Part shown: piece by piece, positions 48,881 through 62,300 of the stretch | How the letters are laid out: every line of letters starts with the position of its first letter | Position numbering within the stretch: position 1 is the first letter of the stretch | Position numbers and translations under genes: made by a program | Notes under the pieces: model-generated | The model's database searches: none | The model's input: the letters and a program-made list of their open reading frames with translations, nothing else | Told to the model about the DNA's origin: nothing | Assembly (NCBI GenBank): GCA_030704615.1 | Contig: CM060733.1 | Span: 68,572,001-68,636,000 of the forward strand | Source: Takakia lepidozioides | Taxonomy: Eukaryota > Plantae > Bryophyta | Direction: 5' to 3' | DNA length: 64,000 bases

Positions 48881-49338
48881 TGCAACATTGCGCAAAAAGT
48901 GGAACTTTGGTTCAAAGGAGACATTTTTATCAATGATGAACTGTGACAAGTATGCATGCCCTCACAAGCCGAGGGAAGCCAAAAGTATGCATGCTATCCA
49001 TGCTCAGGTAAGTTGGGAATTTTCTCCCATGTTGCACTATTCTCACTAAGAAGCTGGAACCTCGATTGACCTCTCCACAAGCTCATGAGTGACAGGGTGT
49101 CGGTAGGTGAAGACAATGGATGCAGCCCGTTCTCTTTTGGTGTAGTGGACAACGGTGTCATGTCCTCCGATATATGCACCATCATAAATCGAGATCTTTG
49201 CTGTGGAGACTCTGTGTCCATAGGACTCATCCTCGTAGCTTATGAGAATGTCCCCATACACTGTTTACGATGGAATCCTCTCTGGCATGTACGTACACCC
49301 AATGCAATCCTCGTAGGCCCATTGGCAGCACCTCCAAT

Positions 49339-49464
49339 GCCCTATCGGGCTCACCAGGATCATCATCTTTTGGGCCATTCCACTTTCGTTTTGGCTTGCC
49401 CGACCCCATGATGAGGCCAATCCCAAGGACGATTGCGTACTGAACTCTAGGCTCTGATACCAAG
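49339..49464 (-). mobile_element. Extra PBS plus ~110 bp of internal sequence following the 3' LTR of copy 3
   Basis: GCTCTGATACCA at 49451-49462; the segment matches 55565-55688. Confidence 0.9.
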
Positions 49465-52400
49465 TGTCGCGCACCTCACTTCAGTAAGCTCCCCCTCAAG
49501 TCATAGTTACTCGCTTGATGCGCGCGCCTAACTCCCCAACCTGGCCGCCGGGCCAACTTGGAGCTCGGCTGCTCACCGGGGCATAACGGTCCCCTTTGAT
49601 CTCCCAAAGAACCCTCCAACGATTTGGAACCAGCGGAATTCCCTTTGGTAGTTGGCAGTCCGGAACAGCTCCCCACTCTTTGGTCGCTTTCCGGCTCGCT
49701 CGCTTACTCACTAGTTTTTGGTCACCAACGGGCTTGCACCGTTCTCGGGGTTACTACTCCCTATATATACTTCTGTAGCTGTCCGCGGGGGTTTCACAAA
49801 CAACCATGCCATTTTATGGCGAACCACCACGAAAACCCTCGACTCCCGGTGATGAGTCGCGGTGAGTCTTGGCACCCACCACGGCCCCTATGGACCGTGA
49901 TGAGTCCCAAGACTCCCCACGACTCCCACCACGAGGTCTCCGCCCCAGGGTGAGTCCTATGCCACCCCCACTAAGTCCCGCTAAGCTACCACCACCCCTT
50001 GTGGAGCCACCCCCACCGCAACCCGGTGTGCGGGGCTCCACCTAGTGAGCGCCTCCGCCTCCTTGAGTGCCTTGGGCACTCAAGGGTGCTTCAGCCCCCC
50101 ATACCTATCGCTGCCACTGCCCCCACCACAGGGGCAGCCCCTCTTGTGTCCCGACCCCCCTGCCCTCAAGGCAAAGGGCCGCGACACACACCCCTACCAA
50201 CAGGGAGTCGATGTCCTCATCGGCTTGTCCATTTTGTAGAAACGAACATCCAAGTTGTGGCGTCCCACATCAAGGAGTTTGTTTCCGTACCATGGCGTCC
50301 CATGGCAAAGAACCAAACCCCACACTTGACTCTACTCTCCACTAGCTAGTTCGGCCGACTTCCTCCAAGTCCCGGCCAAGGGTGGAGCCTCTCAAGCTCC
50401 TCCCAGTGCACTCTTCTTGGCCTACTTCAAGGCCAAGGAACGATCCTCCCCGAGGATCGAATCGCCTTACTGCAACAACATTGCTTGCGACGCTCATGAT
50501 GCCGCTTTTGGCATCACCTTGAGCAAGGGTTCACCTCGAACCCTCTTTGACTAGGAAGATAACCTTGAACCAACCGCGCGCCCCAATCACTACAATTGGG
50601 TCCGCCTTGGAATGCTGGCCTGAGGTACGGGAACACGCCGAAGCCGCACTACGACTTCGTCCGAGGCTACACGATTATAGTACGTGAACGGAAGCACGTA
50701 GCTTCCGCGTTAGCCCGCACTACAAGCAACCCCCTCGGTAGCGCAGTTATAGTATGCGCACGCGCCAGGTGCGCACTAGCACGTGAACTCCTAAAGAAGG
50801 CGCAAGTTTCCTTGCCCCTTGGATGGGAGTCACCCGATTTTCGGCACTGCGCAAACACACGATTAACCCAATTTACCTCTCCCACTTTTGTAAGCTAGCA
50901 TGCATTCTACACACTAGCCAACCACACCATGCATCACCATTCCAAACAAAATAGGACGCACAACATTTGGAACCCATTCCTTTATAACAAATTTTTGTAC
51001 AATACAAGTTTTTGCAATCGGATTCCTAAGCTAGCTAAGCCGGGCTAAGCATGCATTTCCTCCCCCACGCTCCAAGGTTGATGTCCCCATCAACGCTTCT
51101 TCCGCTTTTGAGGTCGCCCTTCGAAAACTGCAACCGCCTCGGATGCGTTTCCCATTTCTGAGGCACGCACCCAAGATGCCTCCACATGATGATAGCCCTT
51201 CCATTTGACGAGATACTCCGTTTCTCGGTTCTTGAACCTCCTCGACTTAAGTACTGCCTCCACCTCGTACTCAGGTTCATTTTCATGATCCAACAGCACA
51301 GGTGGCGGACGCAACACTTGATGCCGATTCGGACGCGCTTCATCTTTGAAGTAAGGCTTCAAAAGGGAGACGTGGAATACTGGATGCACCTTGCTGTTTG
51401 CCGGCAGCTCCAATTCCACATCCTCATTCATAACCTTCCGGATGCGAAAGGGTCCCGCATACGGAGGTACAAACTTTGGACTCACTTCCGGAGGTAGTCG
51501 GAAATTCTTGATGTTCAACCAGACCTCCGTGCTGCCTCAAACTTCACTTCCCTCCGCTTCCGATTCGCCTGCCTTTCATACCGTTTCCTAGCTTTGGCAA
51601 TGTTGTACTTTGCGAGCTTCAACAAACGCTCGCGTTCTTCCAGTACCGCCGCTACTGCCGGTTCCTCAACGTCCTGGGCGGCCCAACTTGTCGGCACCAG
51701 AGGTGCTTTTCCATAGACCAATACGAAAGGGGAAACTCCCGTTGCGGAGTGTTCTGTGTTATTATAACAGAACTCTGCCGCGTCTAAGTGTTCCACCCAG
51801 TCTGTTTGGTCTGCCGACACGTAATTCCGCAAGATCTGCTTCACTACGGAATTCACTCTTTTCTGTTTGGCCGTCGGTCGTAGGTCGGAAGGCGGTGCTC
51901 ATCTTCAGCCTCGTCCCCATCTTCTTCCAAAGTGCCTCCAAAATTTACTCGTAAACTTTGGATCGCGGTCCGAGACAATATCCTTCGGGACTCCATGATG
52001 CTTTAAGACGTGGGCGAAGTAAAGTCGCCCTTCCTGCGCCGTTGCCGTCTCCTTGGTGGGGATGAAATGGCCCATTTTACTGAACCTATCCACCACCACC
52101 ATGATTGCATCGAATCCTTTTGACAGCGGCATAGCAGTCATGAAATCCATCGAGACGCTTTCCCAAGTCCCCTCTGGAATCGGCAAGGGTTGTAACAGCC
52201 CCGCTTGCTTTTTGTACTCGCTCCGGTTTTGTTGGCATGTGGTGCATGTCTTGACATACTCCTCTGCCTCCTCCCTCAGTTTGGGCCAGAAATACTCTTT
52301 CTTCAAGAGTGCCGCAGTGCGCTTGGCTCCGCCGTGGCCCGCAAGCGGGCTATCATGGCATTCTCTCAAGAGGCTATCTCTGATCCTCCCTTCGGCACGT

Positions 52401-55400
52401 AGAGACGCTTTTGCTTATACGGAGCAGTCCATTTTGCAAGTGGAACTGCGATTTAACCCCCATCCTCAAGTCCTGCATCACGGACTTCGCCAGCTCATCC
52501 TTCCGGCAAGCCTTCCGGATCTTCCTTTGGAGCGCCGTCTCGCCCTTGTACACCAACAAGAGCTGCTGCTTTCTACTTAAAGCATCGGCCACCACATTGT
52601 CCCGTCCCGGTTTGTACTGGATATCCACGTCGAACACCGCCAAAGTATCTTGCCACCTAAGTTGTTTTGGGGACAACTTGGGCTGCGTGGCAAAATACTT
52701 CACCGTGACATTGTCCGTGAACACCTTCACTGGGTTGGAACCAACATAGTGGCGCCAAAGCTCAAGACAGTGCACCACCGCCTTCATCTCTTTCTCGTGC
52801 GTCGGCCACCGTCGCTCCACTTCATTCAGTTTCTTACTTTCGTAAGCCACTGGACGTCCATCTTGCATCAGTACACCCCCAATCGCGAAGTCCGACGCAT
52901 CTGTATGAATCTCGAACGGACGATCGAACTCCGGGATTTTCAAGACTGGAGCTTCCGCCATCCGCTGCTTCAATTCAGCAAAAGCTTGGCCACAAAAGGT
53001 GTTCCATGCCCAGACTTGGATTTACACAGAAGGTCTGACAGCGGCCCCGCGATCTTGGCAAAATTTCTCACATACTTCCGGTAATAGGAGGCGAGTCCTA
53101 GGAAGGATCGCACTCCCGGGACCGAAGTCGGAGGCTCCCAGTCCAAGATTGCCCTCACCTTCCTGTCATCCATTCTGATCCCATCCTGTGTAATCACATG
53201 CCCCAGGAACTCCACTTTTGTGACCCCGAATTCGCACTTTGAAGCTTTGGCATACAGCTTCCCTTCCCGCAATTTCTGGAACACCCTTTTGAGGTGCTCC
53301 AGGTGCTCCTCCTTTGTTTTCGAATACACCAAGATGTCGTCGATGTACACGATCACAAAGTCATCCAACCACTCCTGGAAAAGGCTGTTCATCAGCGTGC
53401 TAAAGGTCGCGGGAGCGTTGGTGAGTCCAAAAGGCATCACCAAGAACTCATATGAACCATACCTTGTCCTGCACGCGGTCTTCTCCTCATCTCCTTCCGC
53501 CACTCGAATTTGATGATAGCCGGAGCGCAGATCGATCCGGCTGAAATACTTCGCTCCTGCCAACCGATCGAAAGGTCGTCGATCCTTGGCAAAGGGTACC
53601 GGTTTTTGATAGTCACCTTATTCAAAGCCCTGTAATCGACACACATCCGCAGCGTCCCATCCTTCTTGTCTGCAAATAGCACCGGGGCTCCGTAAGGTGA
53701 CTTACTCGGCCGGATGTACCCCTTTGACATTAGATCTTTGAGCTGAGTCTTCAGCTCGACCAACTCTCTGTGGCTCAACCGGTAGGGCGCCTTGGCAGGC
53801 GGTTCCGATCCGGTATCACCTCAATCTTGTGGTCAACTCCTCTTCGCGGTGGCAAGCCGCTTGGTAAATCCTCCGGCATCACATCCTGGTATTTCTCCAA
53901 AATCCCCTTGATCCAATCTGGGCTCGGCTCCCCATCGCCTTCTCCTTCACTTCTCTAATGAAGAGCAAAAACTGGGGCTCGTGTGCCTCCTCCACGGCCC
54001 ACCCTTGCTGACAGAAGGTTTATTCGCCCTCCCACGGGTTTGGGCGTTTCCGACACTCGTAAGACCTCGCCACCATTCCCACATGGCAGCGTGACTACTC
54101 TCTTGCGGCCATCTATGACCGCTCCGGATTTGCTCAAAAAGGTCATCCCCAAAATGAGATCCACTCCATCGATCTCGCAGATGGTGAAGTTCTCACGTCC
54201 CTCCAACTCCCCAGTTGAAGAGGAACATCAAACGCCAACCTTGTCGCCAATTGCGGTTCTCCTTTGGCAGAACGCACCTCAATAGAGGCCCCCACGTCAC
54301 TTGTCGGGAGTCCCAGCTTTTGTGCCGTTGCCGGTGTCATGAAGGAGTGCGACGCTCCTGTGTCCACCAACAACGACATGTTAGTTCCGGATATTATCCC
54401 ATCCACGAACAATAACTGACTCCCTTTACGTAAGGCGCCAGTTTCCTGATACAACTCACAAGAAAATTTGCCTACCTTGCAAGTCCTGGCGACCACCGCT
54501 TCCACCAAGCGACTGATGGTATCTTCCGACAGCTCTGTGGTCGCCCGAGTCATGTTCAATTGCCGGGGCTTCGTGCACTTCTTGGCCATGTGCCCGGGCT
54601 CCCCGCAATTGAAACACACTCCATCAAAGGTCGCCTTCTGTCCGCATAGGCCGCTCCACCCGCTTTTCCTTTCGAAGCACCGGGTGCCGCCTTGACTTGT
54701 GAAGGCCCTCCCTTCGATTTCCACGTGCCATTGTCGCCGCGTGGCCTATCCCACTTCTTTTCCGGTCGGAAGGAGTCACCTTCCCGCCGGGTCTTCTTGT
54801 GGTTCAGCTCCGTACGGCCTTGTCTTTCACCCTTAGGGACATCCGAGAAACATTCAGCCCTCTCAATTGCCTCGTTCAAAGTCTTAGGTGGCTTCTCCTC
54901 CAACTTCCGCCTGGCCCATGGGGCCAGTCCCGCCACAAAGTTGAAGACCATTTCTGGTTCTGCCATGTCCGCGACTTCGAGCAACAGCACATTGAAAGCC
55001 TGGACATATCCCCGAATGTCATCTGTTTGCTTCAAATTCCTCATCTTGTCCCGGGCGAGCCAGGACGCGTTGAGGGGCACAAACTGCCTCTTCATCAATT
55101 CCTTGAACCCACTCCAGTTCAAGGTTTCCGGGCTTGGACCTCGGTCGTGAAGGCGTTTCTGCCACCATTGTTGAGCATAGCCCCTCAAATAGGTGGGAGC
55201 CACTTCCACCCGATCCTCGTCACTCAACTTGGCCGCCCGGAAGTACTGCTCTAGCTCCAAGAGCCAGGTGTTGAGTGCCTTCCGATTTCGGACGCCCTCG
55301 AAGGTGCCGGCTTCCTTAGGCTTCACCTTAAACTTTGCCTTAGTGGAAGTGGCATTAGCCGCCTTCAACACGTCTTTCAACGTCCCGCCAAATTGCGCCA

Positions 55401-56411
55401 ACAACCCTTCCCAAAAGGCTGCCGGCATGGGAGGCATCTGTTGGTCGGTCGGAGCTCTCAGGATTCCTCAGGCTCCGACTCCTCAGATTCCTCCCGCTCT
55501 TGAGCGGCCTCGTTTTGGAAACATGCATCGCTTCCTCAAACGGCCGCCTCGGCTGACACGTCGCCCCTATCGGCTCACCAGGATCATCATCTTTTGGGCC
55601 GTTCCGCTTTCGCTTTGGCTTGCCCGACCCCATGATGAGGCCAATCCTAAGGATGATCGCGCACTGAACTCTAAGCTCTGATACCAAGTGTCGCGCACCT
55701 CACTTCGGTGAGCTCCCCCCCTCAAGTCATAGTCGCTCGCTTGATGCGCGCGCCTAACTCCCAACCTGCCGCCGGGCCAACTTGGAGCTCCGGCTGCTCA
55801 CCGGGGCATAACGGTCCCCCTTTGATCTCCCAAAGAACCCTCCAACGATTTGGAACCAGCGGAATTCCCTTTGGTAGTTAGCAGTCCGGAACAGCTCCCC
55901 ACTCTTGGTCGCTTCCGGCTCGCTCGCTTACTCACTAGTTTTTGGTCACCAACGGCTTGCACCGTTCTTGGGTTTACTACTACTCCTATATATACTTCTG
56001 TAGCTATCCGCGGGGGTTTCACAAACACCATGCCATTTTATGGCGAACCACCACGAACACCCTCGACTCCCGGTGATGAGTCGCGGTGAGTCTTGGCCAC
56101 CCACCACGGCCCCTATGGACCGTGATGAGTCCCAAGACTCCCCCACGACTCCCACCACGAGTCTCCGCCCCAGGGTGAGTCCTATGCCACCCCCACTAAG
56201 TCCCGCTAAGCTACCACCACCCCTTGTGGAGCCACCCCCACCGCAACCCGGTGTGCGGGCTCCACCTAGTGAGCGCCTCCGCCTCCTTGAGTGCCTTGGG
56301 CACTCAAGGGTGCTTCAGCCCCCACATACCTATCGCTGCCACTGCCCCCCACCACAGGGGCAGCCCCTCTTGTGTCCCGACCCCCTGCCCTCAAGGCAAA
56401 GGGCCGCGACA
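49465..56411 (-). mobile_element. Ty3/gypsy chromovirus (Galadriel-like), copy 3, full length
   Basis: LTRs 55689-56411 and 49465-50186; PBS 55675-55686; full gag (54556-55437); chromodomain EYEVEAVLKSRRFKNRETEYLVKWKGYHHVEASW; no TSD pair. Confidence 0.95.
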
Positions 56412-57564
56412 CTCCTCATCCCCTCAGGTGGGATGATGATTTTTTGCACATGCACATGATTTTGTTTTATTCCGTTTCCAAGCCATATGCTTAATGACAG
56501 TGTTTGCAATGCGTGTGCAAATTTTGGGGGTGAACAAAAATCATTTGGACTGAAAACCATATTTTCTTCCCTCATTTGCACTCCCAAGTTGAGTTCTTTT
56601 CAACTTCATGCACTCTCCATAGAGAGTTCCGCAATAGTGAGTGAAGGAAACTCTTGTTTTTTTGTTTTTTTTTTTTTTTTTTTTGTTTGGTCCAATTTTT
56701 TCCATGGATGTAGTGGTCTAGGGTTTGCATTCACAAAACAAAATAGAGCTAAAACAAAAATCATTACATAGGACAAATCTGCAATCATAGATATTGTAAA
56801 TGCAGGGGGTTGCGACCTCCAGGGGTCGCCTTGCGATGGCATTGCGATGCCCCAACAGGTCTGTGATGGCAGGGAATCGCAATATCACCATGGCAGAGGC
56901 CAAGCTGAATGGATCCATTGTTGCAAATCTTTTTAGTCTTGCTTCTGTGCTACAATATAACAGGTCTATCTTGCATGTGGGAGACCGTGATCAACACGGG
57001 CGGCCTTATTGTTAAAGACAAAGGGCAGGAAGAGGGGGTGGGGACACTAGGAAAGGAAAAGGGAAGGGCCATGGGGTTAGAGGGTTGAGGGTAGATTGCT
57101 TTGGCAATGGCTTTAGCAACATTGTTGTCTTTCACACCAATTTCGAAGATTCTTTTTGTTGCATCGAGATCATGGTAACCAAATCAATTGAAGGGTTTCC
57201 AAGGGTAAGTCTTGGTTAGCACTTGTAGAACAAGAACCATGTCTTCCAACATTCTTGCCCTCGTACAAAAACTCAACAATCCTAGAGTCATTTTTTCGAG
57301 TCACAACTTCACTAGAATCATTCCTAGATCGCCACACCTACAAAGGATTTTTTTCATGGATTTTTCATTAATCAATCATAGAAATAAACTACATGCATGT
57401 ACATGTACAATCAATCGAAGGGATGGGTACAATTTTGTGCGAGAATTATTATGTAGCTTTGATTACGTGTCTAATCAACTTGAACATCTTCATCCGGAGC
57501 TTCTTCGTCCTCATCAAGCTGCAAGTCTTCTTGCTCATCAGAGTCATTGTCATAAATGGCCTGG

Positions 57565-59375
57565 TCACCAAAAGAACACATGAATCATCTTCCACCTCGG
57601 TTTCAATGACCATGTCTTCATCTTCTCTCCAACAACCGCATCTGATGGAGCCTCATCGTATAGGATCCGGGATGCATTGTCCGGGGCGTCATCATTCTCT
57701 TGTACCCCCTCTATCCAACCTCGGCCAACATCAGCGTCATCATGACCAGTCTCTTCCTCCTCCGCATCTGCCTCGCGGCCCCATGTAGATCCCCCACCAT
57801 GATAGATACGTCTTCTTCTTGGCTGAGCATGCACAACCACCTTCCAATTTCCTGACCGGAGAAGAAAACTTGCTCCATGTCTGAAGGCCATGAAAAAGGC
57901 TCATCGGAGGGACGATAACGCGCATGAAACCACACTCGTCTTCCACTATTGTTGCGGATGGCCCCACAAGATGTTGCTGCCACCTTGCCTATAAGAGGCT
58001 GATGCCTTGTATACTGAAGTTGGAGTATGCTCTCAAGCTCTCCAAAGTAGTTGAGTGTGCTCATGGTAGGTCGTGTATCTCCCCTGCCCCACATGGAGTC
58101 TTGCCAATATGAGGCACACAAGCCAGAATCAAACGTTGTTTTGTGCTTCATGTCAAGAGCACGAATGCGGAAATGACGACCATGAACCCAAACCGCCGTG
58201 TATGAGGTCGCAAATTGAGGGGGGGGGGCTTGCAATGTCTTGCACCAAATCTGAAACCACCTCACCTTTCGCAATGCTATCCTCTACTTCAGTCTGAAGC
58301 CAATGGCGTAATGAACTTAGAGGCTGCAATTTCATGGGCAATTCTTGTGAAGGCACATTCCTATGCCGGCCCCTTGCTCGCGGAGCACGTGTAGTCGCCC
58401 TTGCATGGTTCCGCCTCCACGCAACCGTCTCCTCCTGTTGTTGTTGAACAAGGTTATTGTATCTTGCCTCCCACTCATGTATGGATGGGGTGTTCTTCAG
58501 TATGAACTCATGCGCTTGGTTAATCACCATGATGGGTAATTTACCCTCTTGAATTTTTGGGCAAAACGATGTCCTTGGTTCGTACATCCTCATCTTCCTT
58601 CCACATCGGAGGGCCTTCTTTATCCACCCTTGCCAAGTACTCCATGCAGTAGAACATAGCCTCTTGCAATGTATACCCCTCCGCCATGCTACCCTCAGGG
58701 TGTGTCATTTGTCGTACATGTGCTTTCAAAGTCTTCATGTATCGCTCAAGGTAGTACATCCACCAAGAATGAACGGGGCCGGCAATTGAAGCCTCTTCCA
58801 CTAAATGCACTACCAAGTGCACTTGGATGTCAAAGAAGGAGGGAGGAAGGTGCATCTCCAACATACACATAACCACCGCCGCCTCCTTCTTCATGCGTGG
58901 AAAGTCCGCTTCCTCCAGCTCTTTTGAGCAAATCCACCGGAACAATGCTCCCAATCTATAGACTGTCTCGCAAACCTTGGGAGTCAATGTCCCACGTACT
59001 GCAATGGGCAAGATGTCTTGCAATAGATTGTGGTAGTCATGAGACTTCAAACCATGGACCCCGTCTTTGTTGAACTTCATACGGAGGGATGACCCATAAC
59101 CAGTTGGTGTTCGGACAGCTCCTATGGTGGCTATCACTTTCTTGTATTCCTCCTTTGTCCATTGCCAAGGTGCGCGCCTATACTTCCACCGTACAACACC
59201 CTTTGGGTCCACACCATTTTCTTTGGCCCATAGATGGGGCATGCGACCCTGCTCCTCAAGTTCCTTTCTAACACCGAGAGAATATCTTTTCGCAGCCACT
59301 CCCTTCTTTGCCGGCGGCGTGCCATGAAGAACACAAAAAAGGGACGAGCAAACTTCTTCTCAATATGCATGGGAT
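57565..59375 (-). pseudogene. CACTA/En-Spm Tnp2 transposase, C-terminal half (DUF4218/DUF4216 region)
   Basis: DPMHIEK, GLKSHDYH, LEMHLPPSFFDIQVHLVVHL, GPVHSWWMYYLERYMKTLK, PEGSMAEGY, YFGELESILQL, DEPF. Confidence 0.92.
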
Positions 59376-59379
59376 CTAG

Positions 59380-62300
59380 AAGATGACGAATCTTCAGGTC
59401 CTACACGTCCCAGAATGAGGTGGTTGTTGCCTCCGCAAACTTTGCATGGACAAATCTTCCTGTAAAAGTAGGAGCAGGGACAGCCCCATTTGGATTCCTC
59501 CTTATCATCTCTAAACAACGTTGCCATGTATCCACTCGAATTGCGGAACACCTGCCTCGAAACGACAGCTTTGTGCGAGCAATTCTCCACTGTGACGCAG
59601 ACACAGTCCTCTCTACAATGGCTTGGCCATACTGCATAATAGCAGGCGGAATCTAGGGCAAGCGAGCGGTGGGAATTTCTCGCACGGAATCTGTCGAGCG
59701 GCTTTTACTCACCCATCCCTTCACTATCCGAGGTGGAAACTCCAAGATAGAAGAGTTGGATATCTCTAAGCACTCAGCCCGCTCAGTACAATCAGTCATG
59801 ACCTGCAGCTAGTGAATCATGGTTGTGCTTCCCATTTGTATTCCTTCTTGCCTTCATGTTATCAATTTACCTTATCTGATACTGAAGCATCAGATTGCTT
59901 CAGTATCTACTTAGTTCCAATTTATCATGCATTCATTTCACAACAACCCTCATGTCTCTCTACACAGTGTGCTTGTATCGAATAAGTATCAGATTATGAT
60001 TTATTAGGTACTAGGCCAATGTCAAGGTGACTCTAATCCGCCCTACATCATCACTACAGCTCTGCATGTAATAAGCATCTACTGTTCATCTTTTCTCCTT
60101 CTTTGTCCTCTTGTTCTTGCTCTCCGCCTGATCTCCTCTTCCCATCACCCAGAAACGCTCCCCGTGAAGTGTCCCTTCTTTCCGTTGCCGCTCCCCTTAT
60201 CTGCCCGCAAGCTGTTCTAACCACCTAACTAATTAACCGTCATCCCTGTAGTAACACGTTCCTTATGCAGATGTCGTTCCCTCACAGTCGTTCCCTGTCA
60301 ATGATAACTGTTCCCCATGTACTGTGACAGGCTGTGTCAAGCTGTGCCGAGCTGTGACTGGCTGTGTAAGGCTGTGTCGGGCTGTGTTGGCTGTGACTGG
60401 CTGTGACGAGCTGTGTTGGCTGTGTTGGCTGTGACTGGCTGTGACGGGCTGTGTCGGGCTGTGTAACCCCCCTAAAGCCTGTTGATGCCACCCCTAAGGC
60501 TCCTGTTGGTCTCAGTCTGCGCAAAAATTAAGGGTACCCCACAGAACTCGTAAAAGCGTCTAAGTCCTAAGCAGCCCTCTAACAGAATTCCCGCTTGAAG
60601 GTGATGGCGATCTGGAATTTCTTGGGCTTCTACTGCTGGAAGACACATTGTGCGGCAACATGACGGGCCCTCGAGGTGTTGTCTGAATGTTCCTGTCGAA
60701 TCTCCTGGAATCCTCTTTGCACCCGGTTCCTCTTCAATCCTCCGCCTCACAGGGCGAGTACGGACGCCCCCCTCTAGGTGCTCACCTCTGCGGTGCAGAG
60801 GCATCCCTTGGATCTTCTCTCGCAATGCTGTCGCCCATTTCAGTGGATTCTTCGACCTCGAAGCTGTTCTTACCAACAATTCCTCCCTGTCCGGCCCAAA
60901 GCCCTATTGTTTCCCGCTCAGGAACTTGTAGTACGTGGCTTGCTGCATGATTGCTCTGTCGATGTCCTCCGTTGGGGCCGTCACTACATCCACCAGATGT
61001 GCGGCAGAAGACGCTCGCCAGGAGGAGTGCACTGATTCTGCCATATTCGTGTTGGCATGTCCGTGTCGGAATCCAAGCACCACTCCTACAAGGAAACAAA
61101 CAATGGCGAGGGACCAATGGAAAGGTCCGTAATAGAAAGACAATTGCACGAAAATGACAGCATCATACCTCCCGCATGTACTGTCTAAACTGTCGATACT
61201 GGAAATGCTACCACCCCAACCAGCTGTGCAATGCTCCCAGATTGGTTGTCTCCACTACACCTGACGTGTTCCACCAACCCTCGATGATAGCAAACTTAAC
61301 CTCCACGTCATCAAATGTGGGTGCATCCTTCCACGCTGTACAAAGGACACGGTGTTTAGCCTGGAATGAGCTAGCGACAAATTTGGTAGTGTAGTGAGAT
61401 TGACTCTGCATCCAATGGAATCCACAGGATCTCTCTTTCCCCTCCATTGGAACATTGGGGTCCTCACCGTACACACGCCGCACCGCTGCCCAGTTGGCTT
61501 GAGCGTTGTCTGCCATGAATCCCCTGAAATTGGGCTCTGCCAATCCCGCCCTTGCCATCTGCTCGTTTATGCCCTCCGACAGATGCATCTCCGACTGTGT
61601 GTCCTCCCCTTTCATCTCATAGATTGCAATCGTCATGAGCCTCTTGGAGTGATAGTCATAAACATGCGCACCCATAGTCACCCACTTATGGTTTGTAATT
61701 CGCTTAATGTGATCAAACATCACCCAAGCATTCGACAAGTTTCCAGTTGTCATGCGAGTGACCAAGTCGACTCCACTCCCAGGCCCACACGTCGACATTT
61801 TAAAATGTAACAACGATCGGATTCGCTGCCTTGCCCTGGAAACCTGCTACCTTGGATGTAGTCATATCCAGTCATTCGTTTCACTCCAGGATTGAGTGCA
61901 TGTCCGACCCCCGGCCGAACTCCTGCTTGCAAGATACGATGTGATTCCGCACATTCGGACTACAAACGTGCGAGACGGACTCCAACAGGTCAAGCATCTC
62001 CTCTTCGTTCAAGAGCACTTGGTCTGAACCATCTTCAGACATGATTTTGCCAAGAGAAATCTTGTGGGCTGCCTTCAGCTGAATCTGCTTTGGTCTTGCT
62101 CCGGGGCTCAATTTCACCTCCTTTTTTATGATGTCGTGTGCTTCCTGCACAGCCTCACGCATGTTGCCTCTCACCAAGGGGTGGCAGTGGACCCCAACGT
62201 GTATGCAAGCTCTAGTCAAGTCCGGGAGCAAATGGATTACGTAATATTGCTTGGCTCTGCACATGGACATGCACGTCGGTGGTTCTTTGCAATGTGCGCA

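Noticed and set aside
56412-57560. Host gene or CACTA terminus downstream of Tnp2
   Set aside because: No recognisable protein motif or TIR.
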